A stretch of DNA of 64,000 nucleotides from an uncultured Desulfobacter sp. (GTDB lineage Bacteria; Desulfobacterota; Desulfobacteria; Desulfobacterales; Desulfobacteraceae): positions 2,752,001 to 2,816,000 of the forward strand of contig OY762069.1 of the NCBI GenBank assembly GCA_963665095.1, written 5' to 3'. Under the pieces are notes generated by a model. That model worked only from the letters and a program-made list of their open reading frames with translations. It was not told where the DNA came from and made no database searches. The position numbers and the translations under genes were made by a program. Shown piece by piece: positions 20,663-30,696 of the stretch (within the stretch, counting starts at the first letter, position 1; every line of letters begins with the position of its first letter).

Positions 20663-20741
20663 TTTTAACGCCAAGGCTCACAGGTGCCGTTTTGGGAGCA
20701 CCGCATAAGGTCGGGCATCCTTGTGCCGTTGTTCGTTATCA
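20663..20741 (-). other. Degenerate integron attC-like site
   Basis: Minus strand TGATAAC..GGCACAAGGATGCC..GGCACCTGTGAGCC..GTTAAAA, just after a stop codon and before an RBS+ATG. Confidence 0.6.
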
Positions 20742-20745
20742 TAAC

Positions 20746-20910
20746 CTATTGTGATTTTGGTTTAAATGCCATGTTATCCATCCAACTATCCCAATTTATA
20801 TGGCCATCATCAAAATCGATGTACCGCATCATAGCCAAGGGTAAAAGCCCTTGAAAGGGTGAATAATATTTCGATAATTCTAATTTAATGAACGAACCAT
20901 GAACATTGAC
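20746..20910 (-). pseudogene. 3' fragment of a cassette-like gene truncated by IS21
   Basis: Open frame VNVHGSF...AFKPKSQ* starting exactly at the IS end. Confidence 0.55.
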
Positions 20911-21100
20911 TGTCAGGGCCGTCTTGAAAATGCAGCCAAATCCCCGGTTTGAAAATGTATGTTCTTAGCTGGTTTTTCTTCTCTTAAAAATCAAATTTAA
21001 AAATTTCGTCTTCTTCATTTTTTTCCTTTCTTTGCCCTCTGCTTTTTTCCGTACATACTGATCTTATTCATGTCTGATTTGAATCGGAGGCAATATGTAG

Positions 21101-21667
21101 ATGGGACTACTCAAGAAAAGAAGGTGCCGAAATTGTAGAAGATTATTCGCTCCTAATCCAAGAAATATAGACTCTCAAAAATACTGTTCCAGATCTGAGT
21201 GCAGAAAAGCCAGCAAAAGGTGCAGCCAGAAAAAATGGCTGAACAAGCCTGAAAATCGAAACTACTTTTGTGGGCCTGCCCATGTTGAACGTGTTCAGGA
21301 ATGGAGAAAGAAGAATCCCGGATATTGGAAGAAGACCAAAAGCCCAGATACGTTACAAGACTCGATATTGCCCCAACAGGCTGAAAATAAACAGGATTCA
21401 ACGCAATTCATGGACAATGCGTTACAAGATTTCTTACGGGCGCAACCTCCTGTCATTATAGGGTTAATCGCCAACTTTACAGGCAGTGCGTTACAAGATG
21501 ACATCGCTTCCACGCTCCTTCGTATGAAAAAATACGGGCAAGACATTTTATGTTCACAACCCCAAAAAGAAGGAGAGCAAAATGATTGCAAAGGCCCCCA
21601 TTTTACCATCCAGGGTTCGAAAAACACCCCAAAGCTTCAGTTGGATCGATCATCGCCTGGTGCGTGA
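21101..21667 (+). CDS. IS21-associated Cys-rich hypothetical protein
   Basis: CRNC..YCSRSEC; GGAGG RBS; lies inside the IRs. Confidence 0.75.
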   Translation: MGLLKKRRCRNCRRLFAPNPRNIDSQKYCSRSECRKASKRCSQKKWLNKPENRNYFCGPAHVERVQEWRKKNPGYWKKTKSPDTLQDSILPQQAENKQDSTQFMDNALQDFLRAQPPVIIGLIANFTGSALQDDIASTLLRMKKYGQDILCSQPQKEGEQNDCKGPHFTIQGSKNTPKLQLDRSSPGA

Positions 21668-21968
21668 ACGGCACATTGACAGGTGTACACACTCCCAGTC
21701 CGCCCTATATCTGTTTCTGGTGTGTGTGGCCGACAGTCAAGGCATCAGCTACTATGGAGATAAGGCGATCATGGATCGGCTGTGCATGGATTCTGATGGC
21801 CTGAAGACAGCACGTTCCGGGTTAATACAGAATGGGCTGATTGCCTGGCAGAGACCTATTTACCAGGTGCTTGCCCTTGACCCTGCTCCTGGTAAATCAA
21901 AACGGCACGGCTCCATGCTGCGTCTTTCAGATATTCTAAAAGCAGCAGCGGAGGGCAACCATGATTGA
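21582..21968 (+). CDS. IS21-associated putative winged-HTH protein
   Basis: FSWIDHRL..ALYLFL..G.SYY; AGGAG RBS; overlaps the istA start. Confidence 0.7.
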   Translation: MIAKAPILPSRVRKTPQSFSWIDHRLVRERHIDRCTHSQSALYLFLVCVADSQGISYYGDKAIMDRLCMDSDGLKTARSGLIQNGLIAWQRPIYQVLALDPAPGKSKRHGSMLRLSDILKAAAEGNHD

Positions 21969-23436
21969 TTACGAAACCTATGTTCAAATCAGAAATTACT
22001 TTACCCGAGACGGCCTGACATACAGCCAGATTGCCAATGCCCTTGATCTGGACCCCAGGACAGTTGCCAGGTGGGCCAACCTGAAAAGGTACCAGCCCAG
22101 ACAGTCAGCCCCCAGAGAAAGCAAGCTTGATCCGTATAAGAACGCCATCCTGCATATGCTTGAAAAACATCCCTACAGTTCCCGCCAGATATTTCAACGA
22201 ATCACCCAGGATGGTTTTGCCGGGGGCATCACCATTGTTGAGGATTATGTCAGGAAGGTGCGGCCGCCCAAAACAAAGGCGTATTTGAAACTGAGTTTTG
22301 CTCCGGGTGAAGCTGCCCAGGTGGACTGGGGTTCTTATAGTACAGTAAGGGTGGGCAACACGACCCGGCGGTTGAGCTTTTTTGTGATGGTGATGTGCCA
22401 CAGCCGCATGATGTACGTTGAGTTCACGGTCTCCCAGACCATGGAGCATTTTTTAGGCTGCCACCAGAATGCATTTGAGTTTTTTGGAAAGGTGCCGGAA
22501 AAGGTCATGGTGGACAATCTCAAATCCGCTGTTCTAAAAAGACTGCTGGGGAAAGCCCCGGTCTTCAACCCCAGATACCTTGATTTTGCAGATTATTACG
22601 GATTTACAATTGTTCCCTGTAATGTGCGCAAGGGTAATGAAAAAGGCCGGGTTGAAAATGCTGTGGGCTATGTCAAAAAGAATCTGCTCAACGGTCTTGA
22701 AATCCCTGATTTTAAGATCATGGAGCCCACCTGCAAACACTGGCTTGATACTGTCGCCAATGTCAGAACCCACGGAGAGACCGGTCAAAAGCCCGCAGAG
22801 ATGTATGCCCTGGAATTGCCCCACCTATACCCTCTGCCGTCAGAACCCTATGATATCGGTGTGGTAAAGCAGGTACGGGCTTCAAGACAGTACAGGGTAG
22901 TCATCGATACAAATGCTTACACAGTACCCGCCCAGCTGGCAGGGGTGGCTTTGACTGCCAAGCTTTACCCTGATCGGATCTGCTTTTACCATGAAGACAA
23001 GTTGGTTGCCCGCCATGTCAGATCCTATGGCCGCAAAAACGACCTTGAAGATCCTGATCACTCTAAAATCCTTTTGAGCCAGCGCAAAAAGGCCAGAGAC
23101 CAGGCAATTTATATGCGTTTTTTAAGCCTCTCTGACAAGGCCCGGGAGTATTACAGGCAATTGCAGAACAGGCGGCTTAACGCCTCCCATCATGTACGGC
23201 AAATCGTGGCCTTGAGTGAAATCTACTCCCGGGAACAAGTTGCCATGGCCATTGAAGATGCCTTTAAGTTCTCTGCATTCTCATGTGAATACATCGCCAA
23301 CCTCCTTGAGCAGCGGGTTCGGTCTCCCCAGGAGCCCGGAGCCCTGCATGTTACACATAAAGCAGATTTACTGAACCTGACAATCCAGGAGCCTGATCTT
23401 AATATTTATACCGCCATAGGAGATAAAAATGCCTGA
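21961..23436 (+). CDS. istA: IS21 transposase IstA
   Basis: QVDWG, DNLKS and KGRVENAV DDE motifs. Confidence 0.95.
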   Translation: MIDYETYVQIRNYFTRDGLTYSQIANALDLDPRTVARWANLKRYQPRQSAPRESKLDPYKNAILHMLEKHPYSSRQIFQRITQDGFAGGITIVEDYVRKVRPPKTKAYLKLSFAPGEAAQVDWGSYSTVRVGNTTRRLSFFVMVMCHSRMMYVEFTVSQTMEHFLGCHQNAFEFFGKVPEKVMVDNLKSAVLKRLLGKAPVFNPRYLDFADYYGFTIVPCNVRKGNEKGRVENAVGYVKKNLLNGLEIPDFKIMEPTCKHWLDTVANVRTHGETGQKPAEMYALELPHLYPLPSEPYDIGVVKQVRASRQYRVVIDTNAYTVPAQLAGVALTAKLYPDRICFYHEDKLVARHVRSYGRKNDLEDPDHSKILLSQRKKARDQAIYMRFLSLSDKAREYYRQLQNRRLNASHHVRQIVALSEIYSREQVAMAIEDAFKFSAFSCEYIANLLEQRVRSPQEPGALHVTHKADLLNLTIQEPDLNIYTAIGDKNA

Positions 23437-24163
23437 TCTTGAGAAATGCCTGTCCCACTTAAAACTACCTTATATCAGGGAAAACTATGAGTCAGTGGCT
23501 ACCCTGGCTGCCCAGAAGCAATGGAGCCACGTTCAATATCTATCAGAGCTTGCCAGGCATGAATCACTACTGCGCCATGATAAAACCATCCAGCGCCGTA
23601 TCCGTATGGCCAAGTTCCCGGTAATCAAAACCCTGGACCAGTTCAACTGGTCATGGCCCAGAAAAATCAATCAGGCTCAGATCCAGAATCTGTTCAGACT
23701 CAAGTTCATTGAAGAAAAGGGTAACATTATCGTGATCGGCCCGGTCGGTGTTGGGAAAACACATATTGCGACTGCTTTAGGTTACCAGGCCTGCCTGAAA
23801 AACCATACGGTTCTGTTCTCTTCTGCCATTGATATCGTCAACAATCTGGTGGCAGCCCAGAAGGCGGGTCAGTTAAAGCAGGAACTGAGAAAATACCTCA
23901 AGCCAACTTTGTTGATCATGGATGAACTGGGCTACCTGCCCATTGACAAGATTGGGGCAGACCTGTTGTTCCAAATTATCAGTCAGCGCTATGAGCAAGG
24001 AGCCATCATAATAACCACAAACCGGGTGTTCAAAGATTGGCCGGAGATCTTCAACAATGACATGACATTAACATCAGCTTTGCTGGACAGGCTTCTTCAC
24101 CACACCGAGCCTGTGGTCATTGAGGGTAAGAGTTTTAGAATGAAAGATGTGACGGAAGAATAA
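23429..24163 (+). CDS. istB: IS21 helper ATPase IstB
   Basis: GPVGVGKT, MDELGY and LLDRLLHH motifs. Confidence 0.95.
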   Translation: MPDLEKCLSHLKLPYIRENYESVATLAAQKQWSHVQYLSELARHESLLRHDKTIQRRIRMAKFPVIKTLDQFNWSWPRKINQAQIQNLFRLKFIEEKGNIIVIGPVGVGKTHIATALGYQACLKNHTVLFSSAIDIVNNLVAAQKAGQLKQELRKYLKPTLLIMDELGYLPIDKIGADLLFQIISQRYEQGAIIITTNRVFKDWPEIFNNDMTLTSALLDRLLHHTEPVVIEGKSFRMKDVTEE

Positions 24164-24262
24164 CAAAGCCGAGGCCGGTCTACATGCATCTGGAGGCCGG
24201 CCCTTTAATCGCCTACATTTTTAAACCGGGAGATTTATGACATGTTCACGCCCCGCCTGACA

Positions 24263-24355
24263 TCCAGGGCCGTGATTCAGCACTTCCCTGGAGGATCTCA
24301 AGCCGGTTTTGGTCCACCACGGCAGGTTTGGGTTTGGTACCAACGGGGCAGTCAT
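24263..24355 (-). pseudogene. Internally deleted methyltransferase relic
   Basis: MTAPLVPNPN.. joined to EILQGSAES; the pieces recur at 12249-12280 and 9741-9778. Confidence 0.55.
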
Positions 24356-24395
24356 GCAAATTTCATCCGGCCTAACTTGGGCCTTGGACCCAAAT

Positions 24396-25757
24396 CTAAA
24401 TTCTGGAATTTTGACCTGTGGAAAGGCCACGGGTTTTGATGTGAAAACGAAGCATCATGAGCAATGCTGAGGCGGTCAGACTGATAAGCAGGCCGTACCA
24501 GATGCCATGGATTCCAAAGCCCCACCAAAAGGCCAGGGCATAGCCTGCGGGCAGGCCAATGATCCAATAGGCCGCCAGGGTCAAAACAGTGGGGACTTTC
24601 ATGTCAGTGAGCCCCCTGAGAATGCCGATGCCCACGGCCTGGGTTCCGTCTGAAACCTGAAAAAAGGCCACAATGATCAACAAAGAGGCAGTCAGGTGTA
24701 TGACCTGGGGGTCGGCCACATAGAATTTTGGCAGGGCAGCCCTGAACAGAATAAAAATCAGGCCGGCCAGACCCATGAAAACCGCACAAAGAATCACGGC
24801 GGAAAAGCCTGCCGCCCGGACGCCGGGGACATCTTTCTGGCCCAGGGCATGGGATACCCGGATGGTGCCGGCACCTGAAATACCCATGGCGCCCATAAAG
24901 GAAATGGATGCCAGGTTCAGGGCAATCTGGTGGGCGGCCAGTTCTTTCACCCCCATCCAGCCCGCAATCACGTAAGAGACCGTAAAGGCTGAGACCTCGA
25001 AAAAATACTGAAATGCCCCGGAAACACCGATCCCCAATAGACGTTTCATCAAGGCAATATCGATTTTCTTAAATCTTAAACTGGGGTCAAACCGCTTAAG
25101 GGAAGGAGCGGTCATGACCATGATCATGAGGCCTGCGGCCATGAAGGCCCGGGATGAAAAGGTGGCAATGCCTGCACCGGTAAGGCCTAAGGCCGGGGCT
25201 CCCAGATTCCCGTAGATAAAAACCCAGTTAACAAAGATATTTACCAGGTTGGCGGCCAGGGTGATGACCATGGCCGGTTTAAGAAAGCTTACGCCTTCGG
25301 CAAATTGGCGAAAGGACTGAAAAAGCATCAACGGCAGCATGGACAGCCCCAGGACTTCCATATAGACAACTGCCGGCTCCACAATGGCTTCGGGCTGATT
25401 GAGAACCCGGATGGTCCGGGCAGCCAGGAACGTGACAAGACACAGTATCACCCCGGTAACCATGTTCAAAAGCAGCCCCTGGCGAAGGATTACTCCGCAG
25501 TCTTTGTCCCTGCCTGCCCCCATGGCAATGGCCGTAAGGGGGGTAACAGCCATGGATATTCCAATACCTGTCACCATGATCAGGATAAACAGGCCGTTGC
25601 CGATACCTGCTGCCGCAAGGGCATCCGTTCCCAGCCGGCCCACCATGATATTGTCTGTCACGGACATGGCAAGCTGTCCGATCTGTCCCACAATCATGGG
25701 GGTGGCTAAAAAAATGGTCTGTTTGATCTGCCGGATGTACATCGCAATATTTCTCAT
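24396..25757 (-). CDS. MATE family efflux transporter (NorM-like)
   Basis: DNIMVGRLG, LAAHQIALN; about 12 TM segments. Confidence 0.93.
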   Translation of the reverse strand: MRNIAMYIRQIKQTIFLATPMIVGQIGQLAMSVTDNIMVGRLGTDALAAAGIGNGLFILIMVTGIGISMAVTPLTAIAMGAGRDKDCGVILRQGLLLNMVTGVILCLVTFLAARTIRVLNQPEAIVEPAVVYMEVLGLSMLPLMLFQSFRQFAEGVSFLKPAMVITLAANLVNIFVNWVFIYGNLGAPALGLTGAGIATFSSRAFMAAGLMIMVMTAPSLKRFDPSLRFKKIDIALMKRLLGIGVSGAFQYFFEVSAFTVSYVIAGWMGVKELAAHQIALNLASISFMGAMGISGAGTIRVSHALGQKDVPGVRAAGFSAVILCAVFMGLAGLIFILFRAALPKFYVADPQVIHLTASLLIIVAFFQVSDGTQAVGIGILRGLTDMKVPTVLTLAAYWIIGLPAGYALAFWWGFGIHGIWYGLLISLTASALLMMLRFHIKTRGLSTGQNSRI

Positions 25758-25900
25758 TTTCCAAGGGGTCAGTCTTCAACAAAGGCTGCCATTAGATCCT
25801 ATAACTATTCATAAATCAATGATTATCCATATTGTTGTCATAAAGCCATATGGCTTGCCACTGTTGATTATTGGGTTCTAATAAAACGTTCTTGATAAAT

Positions 25901-25914
25901 ACCGACCAGTCGGT
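25901..25914. promoter_or_regulatory. Putative TetR operator
   Basis: Palindrome ACCGAC-CA-GTCGGT between the divergent MATE and tetR-like genes. Confidence 0.55.
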
Positions 25915-25981
25915 CAATCTATTCACAACGAATCATATTTAATTGTATATACAATATTTTATTACCGGACCAAGGTCGGAA

Positions 25982-26149
25982 ATGACAAAAAGAGAAGAAA
26001 ACAAAGAGAAAAAACAAGCCGCGATTCTTGCTGCGGCCTTACGCGGTTTTTCGGAAAAAGGGTTTGCCGCAGCCAAAATCATTGACATTGCAACAGCAGC
26101 CAATGTGGGCAAAGGCACCATTTACGAATACTTCAGGAGCAACAGATAA
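25982..26149 (+). pseudogene. TetR family regulator, HTH only (truncated by the IS91 remnant)
   Basis: IATAANVGKGTIYEYFRS, then IS91 sequence. Confidence 0.85.
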
Positions 26150-27082
26150 GTTTCATTTGACCCTGACATTTTGGGCAAACCAAAGGATCAACTTCATAAA
26201 TTTTTTGGATTAACCTGGCCCAATTCTGCCTTGCTTCTTTTGAAGACATTTTATTTTGTATAATTGTCGGGATTGTGTTATCAGTTTTGCGCCTTCTTTC
26301 TCATCCCCCTGGACTTGTTAGGCACGAAGTGAAGCTTTAGCCCTCAAAGTGACCATAGTAACGAACGGTATGCTCGTATCTTCCTGGAATATGTGTCACC
26401 AACCTGGCAAGCCAATCCAAAGCATTAAACACTTTTTGGGATTTTTTGTCTTTGGCGGTATAAATAATTTTAGCAACACCATCATCAGATTTTTCTGCCG
26501 GAATATAGACCAGTCTTTCCTGAGAAAAACAGGCACGAATGATATATTTTGCTAAATTGCCAAGTCCTGCTTTATCATCAGGCTCAATTCTGTCTCCGAT
26601 ATAAACATTAAACCCGGAATGATGCCAGGAAAGCATGTTTTCAATGATGGCATCATTGATTTTCCCCTCTTTCTTGAGCATTTTCAGCACCTCATACTGA
26701 AATGCTTCTTCCAGGTCTTCAAGCATAAATATCGGAGCAGTCTGAAAGCTGCCGTCTTTTAAGAAACAACCGTCTGAAACTATGGCGTGAAGATGGGGAT
26801 TGAAATTTAGAAAGTCACCATAGGTCTGCACTGCAATACTGGCACCGGGAACAACTTCTCCATCCGGGACCGTAGATTTAAGGTAAGCTGTAAAACGCTC
26901 CATGCACATTTGGAAAGTTTTGCCAGTAAAGTGCGGTCATAAAGAAAATAAATTCGTAACCGTTTAGGGATGCTGAAAACCCAGTTTCTGACCTTTAGGT
27001 TATTGCCGGTATGGGACATCTTTTAAGACATTTGTCAACAGCCATTCTCCATATTCGACAACCCTTTTCTGATGACAGGATG
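26148..27082 (-). pseudogene. IS91-family transposase remnant
   Basis: PSCHQKRV..PYRQWVFSIPKRLR, NPHLH, VRYYG; a frameshift and two tiny insertions. Confidence 0.92.
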
Positions 27083-27178
27083 GATGAAAAAAGAAAAAAT
27101 GCCAACAGCGCTCATGATCAGAGATTTTGCCCAGACCTGGATGGAAAGGGTGGTTACCTGTGGTTTTGCCTGTTCCAT
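27083..27178 (-). pseudogene. 5' fragment of a membrane-protein gene fused to the IS91 remnant
   Basis: AGGAGG RBS, MEQAKPQ..SAVGIFSFFI, then transposase sequence. Confidence 0.45.
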
Positions 27179-27544
27179 GGACAATCTCCTCCTTAGCAAA
27201 GATGATTTCGTTGTTATATTCACTTTTCCCGGGGAATGTACCGGAAGAAGCAGGTGTGCATGTAAAGTCAAAATCACATATTAGTTATGATAAGGTTAAT
27301 ATATAGCCATATAGTCTATCAAGGGAAAATATGCGCATTGTTTGCATATGAGAGAATAGAGGGGCTGCACTGTTTTTTTTAGACCGAAGGCGGGGGCGTG
27401 TCTGGAACGTCAAATTTTATTAATGAAATGGGATCCGGCAGGAAAAGCTGTTACGGATTGAACCTGTTAAAACCGACCAGGGCAGTTGGCGTGTGCCATC
27501 TGCTTTGGAAAAGAATGAATATATTACAAATAATATTCTTGAGT

Positions 27545-29578
27545 TCAGACCTTAAATATACCAACGCTGCTCTGAAGTTTTGACGCCAGTTCCGATAATG
27601 TTTTTACACTTTGATTCATATCTGTGCCCTCCATGGATATATCCCTGGAAATGGCACTGACGCCTGCAATATCTTCAGAGATTTCAGTTGCCGTGTGCGA
27701 ACTTTGTGCAATGTTCTGGCTGACCTCTCCCATGCCTGCGGAGGCCTGCTCAATATTTTCGGCCACCTGGGATGCCGATTTTGATTGCTCGTCCACGGCT
27801 TTGGCAATACTTGATACAATTTCAGATACATTTGAGATAATGTCTGTGATTTTTTCCACATCTTTTACCGTGTTGCCGGTGGAATCCTGAATCCCGGTAA
27901 TTTTCCGGGTAATTTCAAGGGTGGCTTTGGCCGTCTGGCTGGCCAGATCTTTTATTTCACTGGCCACAACCGCAAAGCCTTTGCCGGCCTCTCCGGCCCT
28001 GGCAGCCTCAATGGTCGCATTCAGGGCAAGAAGATTGGTCTGCTCTGCAATTTCTGTAATCACTTCGACCACGTTTCCGATTTCCTTTGCAGCCCCGCCT
28101 AAATTTTTCACCCTGGCAGATGCGGATTCTACCTGGGAAGAGGCCTCACCAGAGACATTCCGGGCGGTGTGACAGTCTAAAGCGATCTGGTTCAGCCTGG
28201 ATTTCATGGTGTCTGCGGCCTGGGAAACAGAGTCCAGGTTCACAGACGCCTGTTCTCCAGCTGCAGCCACAGAATTCATGCTCTGGCTCATCTCATCAGA
28301 TGCTGTTGCAGCGGATTGGGTCATAGCCGATAAATCATCCGAACTCTTGTCCAGTTTTTCAGAAGTCTGCTGCAGATGGCTGGATGCTTCTGACACAATA
28401 TTTGAGTCCTCCCGGATTTGCATCACAAGTTGATGAACCCGGTCCACAAATGCATTAAACCAGGTGACCACCTCTCCGATTTCATTTTGGGCCTCCACCT
28501 GAATCCGGCGTGTCAGATCCCCTTCACCCTGGGCAATGTCCTTTAAAGCCTCCACAACTTTCTCCAATGGTTTGATCAATTTGTGTAAAAAGAAGAACAA
28601 CACCAGCACGCTGATAATCAATATCCCGCCAAAAACTAACGGCTTGATAAAGGTAAGACGCTTTTCTATCCGGGCGGGGGCCGAATAATTTAGGACAAGC
28701 CAGTACCTGTAATGGTGCTGATTAACATCAACAACCTCAATGGGATACAGTTTAAAAGAACAGGGGGCAGATGTGCTTTGCATCGCCTGTTTTTGCCGGG
28801 GAAAAGTTTCGCCTGCAGCATTTGTTGCCGCATCTGGCGCAGATATTTCGTTTAAGTTAAGAACAAAGCTGGTATCTGATCCATCTACTTCTCTTTTTTC
28901 CGCCGGGATCTGTTCGAAAAAAGCGCTGTCAGAGGTGCCGGAAAAGATTGCGTCACTGCCCTGAAATCCCACATGCCCTTTAATGACTTTTGCAAAAGAA
29001 GCGGCCAGTTCCCTGACCGGTAATTCACAGGCGGCAATTCCTACAACTTCATCATCATCATTAATGACGGCAGTGGCAATAATAAAAACAACCTTTCCGT
29101 CGGCTTCAATGCAGGCCCCTTGATTTTCCCAGGTCTGGGCAGATTTGGCATATAATTTCCGCAGTCCGTCTGTTGAAAAAGTGCTGTCTTTGGCCAGGGC
29201 TTTTTGTTCTTCCTTGGAGAAAACAACACTGTTATTTTTGTCCAGTAAAACCAGTTTGCTGGTTTTTATGGCCTCGGAAAGGGTGATGAACATTCCTTCT
29301 ATAATGGCCCGGTTGCCCGTGTTTCTGTTGCCTTCCACATAGCTTATAACCTCTTCTGATCCTGCAAAGGTCTGAAGCGCATCGCTTGTTCTTTTAATGT
29401 GAGATTTTTCATTTTCCCGTCTGACATCATCAAAAACATGAATCATGAATTTATCTGAAAATTCGTCCCTTACTTCACTGGAAATATGGTCAAAAAAAGT
29501 GATCAATGTAGAGCAGACAAAAAGAATGCCTGCCACCCAGAAGGTGATTCTTAATTTAAGTGAACGCGATTTTTTCAT
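27545..29578 (-). CDS. Methyl-accepting chemotaxis protein
   Basis: Two TM segments, [34 protein letters not shown]. Confidence 0.95.
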   Translation of the reverse strand: MKKSRSLKLRITFWVAGILFVCSTLITFFDHISSEVRDEFSDKFMIHVFDDVRRENEKSHIKRTSDALQTFAGSEEVISYVEGNRNTGNRAIIEGMFITLSEAIKTSKLVLLDKNNSVVFSKEEQKALAKDSTFSTDGLRKLYAKSAQTWENQGACIEADGKVVFIIATAVINDDDEVVGIAACELPVRELAASFAKVIKGHVGFQGSDAIFSGTSDSAFFEQIPAEKREVDGSDTSFVLNLNEISAPDAATNAAGETFPRQKQAMQSTSAPCSFKLYPIEVVDVNQHHYRYWLVLNYSAPARIEKRLTFIKPLVFGGILIISVLVLFFFLHKLIKPLEKVVEALKDIAQGEGDLTRRIQVEAQNEIGEVVTWFNAFVDRVHQLVMQIREDSNIVSEASSHLQQTSEKLDKSSDDLSAMTQSAATASDEMSQSMNSVAAAGEQASVNLDSVSQAADTMKSRLNQIALDCHTARNVSGEASSQVESASARVKNLGGAAKEIGNVVEVITEIAEQTNLLALNATIEAARAGEAGKGFAVVASEIKDLASQTAKATLEITRKITGIQDSTGNTVKDVEKITDIISNVSEIVSSIAKAVDEQSKSASQVAENIEQASAGMGEVSQNIAQSSHTATEISEDIAGVSAISRDISMEGTDMNQSVKTLSELASKLQSSVGIFKV

Positions 29579-29658
29579 TGGTACCTGTTTGGATTATTCG
29601 TAAAACGGTTACAGTCGGTTATTGCTTTATCAATTAACTACCTGTTATATTATGACTT

Positions 29659-30261
29659 TTAGTCGGCGACCTTACCCCGAAGGTATTTGGTAATCCGCCT
29701 TTTAAGTTTGGGATCTGATAGAATCCGTTTTTCAAGGTTGGGATATCCGCCCCTGAACCATACCACCTGGTCCACGGCAAGCCCGTATTCCTTGACGCTT
29801 CTCAGTGCAGCGTTATAGCTTCTATGGCATTTAGGCCCCTGGCAGAAGAAAATAGCTGTGACAGCATTCATATCCGGGTCAACCGTTTTCATGGCCGCTA
29901 TAAGTTTCTCCTTTGAAATGGCATTGGGGGTATCCGCCTTGGGAATTGGCACTCCCTCAAGGTCGCATACAAGGTTTACGGCATTTTTCGTGGTGCCTAT
30001 TTCCAGAAAAGATCCAGGCCTTGTGTCCACCCATAGATATTTCGCCTTTTTATCTTTTAACGCAGGAATGGCCTCTTCAATATCCCAGATGGCGATCCCC
30101 GAGGGGAGTGTTTTCAGGCCGGCATCTAAAAATTTTACCGGAATTTTTCCCTTGGCAACCTCTTCACACTCTTTGCATTCAGGGGCCGCGAAAATTAAAC
30201 CGGCCCATAACAGCAACATCAGACCTGCTACCGGAAATGAAACATAATGCTTTTTTAACAT
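29659..30261 (-). CDS. Exported rhodanese-like domain protein
   Basis: Signal peptide, VDTR, FCQGPKCHRSY, WFRGGY. Confidence 0.75.
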   Translation of the reverse strand: MLKKHYVSFPVAGLMLLLWAGLIFAAPECKECEEVAKGKIPVKFLDAGLKTLPSGIAIWDIEEAIPALKDKKAKYLWVDTRPGSFLEIGTTKNAVNLVCDLEGVPIPKADTPNAISKEKLIAAMKTVDPDMNAVTAIFFCQGPKCHRSYNAALRSVKEYGLAVDQVVWFRGGYPNLEKRILSDPKLKRRITKYLRGKVAD

Positions 30262-30696
30262 GGAAACCTCCTCGTGAAATAAAAATATTATTATTCTCTG
30301 AACAGTTCACAGATAGGCACAAAACAGATGCGTATCGTGGGTGTAACCAGACGGCAATATTAAAAGTCAGTTACAAATTGAAATAAAAAAAATGTATAAT
30401 GCTTCCCCCCCCCAAAACGCCCATACAAGAATAATTGTAGAAAATGATAATGAGTATTGTCTATGATCAGAGGGGTGCCTAATTTAAATAAGTAATAATG
30501 AGGAACACTTTTTTTGTCAAGAAATTCATTGAATGCAGGCGGATTTATAGAACAAATTAAATATTTCCCGGGAGTGACTTTTTTGTGAAAGGGGGGCAAA
30601 GGATATGTGTGTTCAAAGATAACGAACTGTTCTTAAAGATCCTTTTTATTTCAGGATTTGAAAGAACAGTTCGTTTTTTATGGCGTATTGGTGAAG

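Larger units (their letters stand above)
20911..24262 (+). mobile_element. IS21-family element with two extra upstream ORFs
   Basis: Imperfect ~50-bp IRs beginning TGTCAGG and ending CCCGGTTT(G/A)AAAATGTA; istA-istB; no TSD. Confidence 0.9.
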
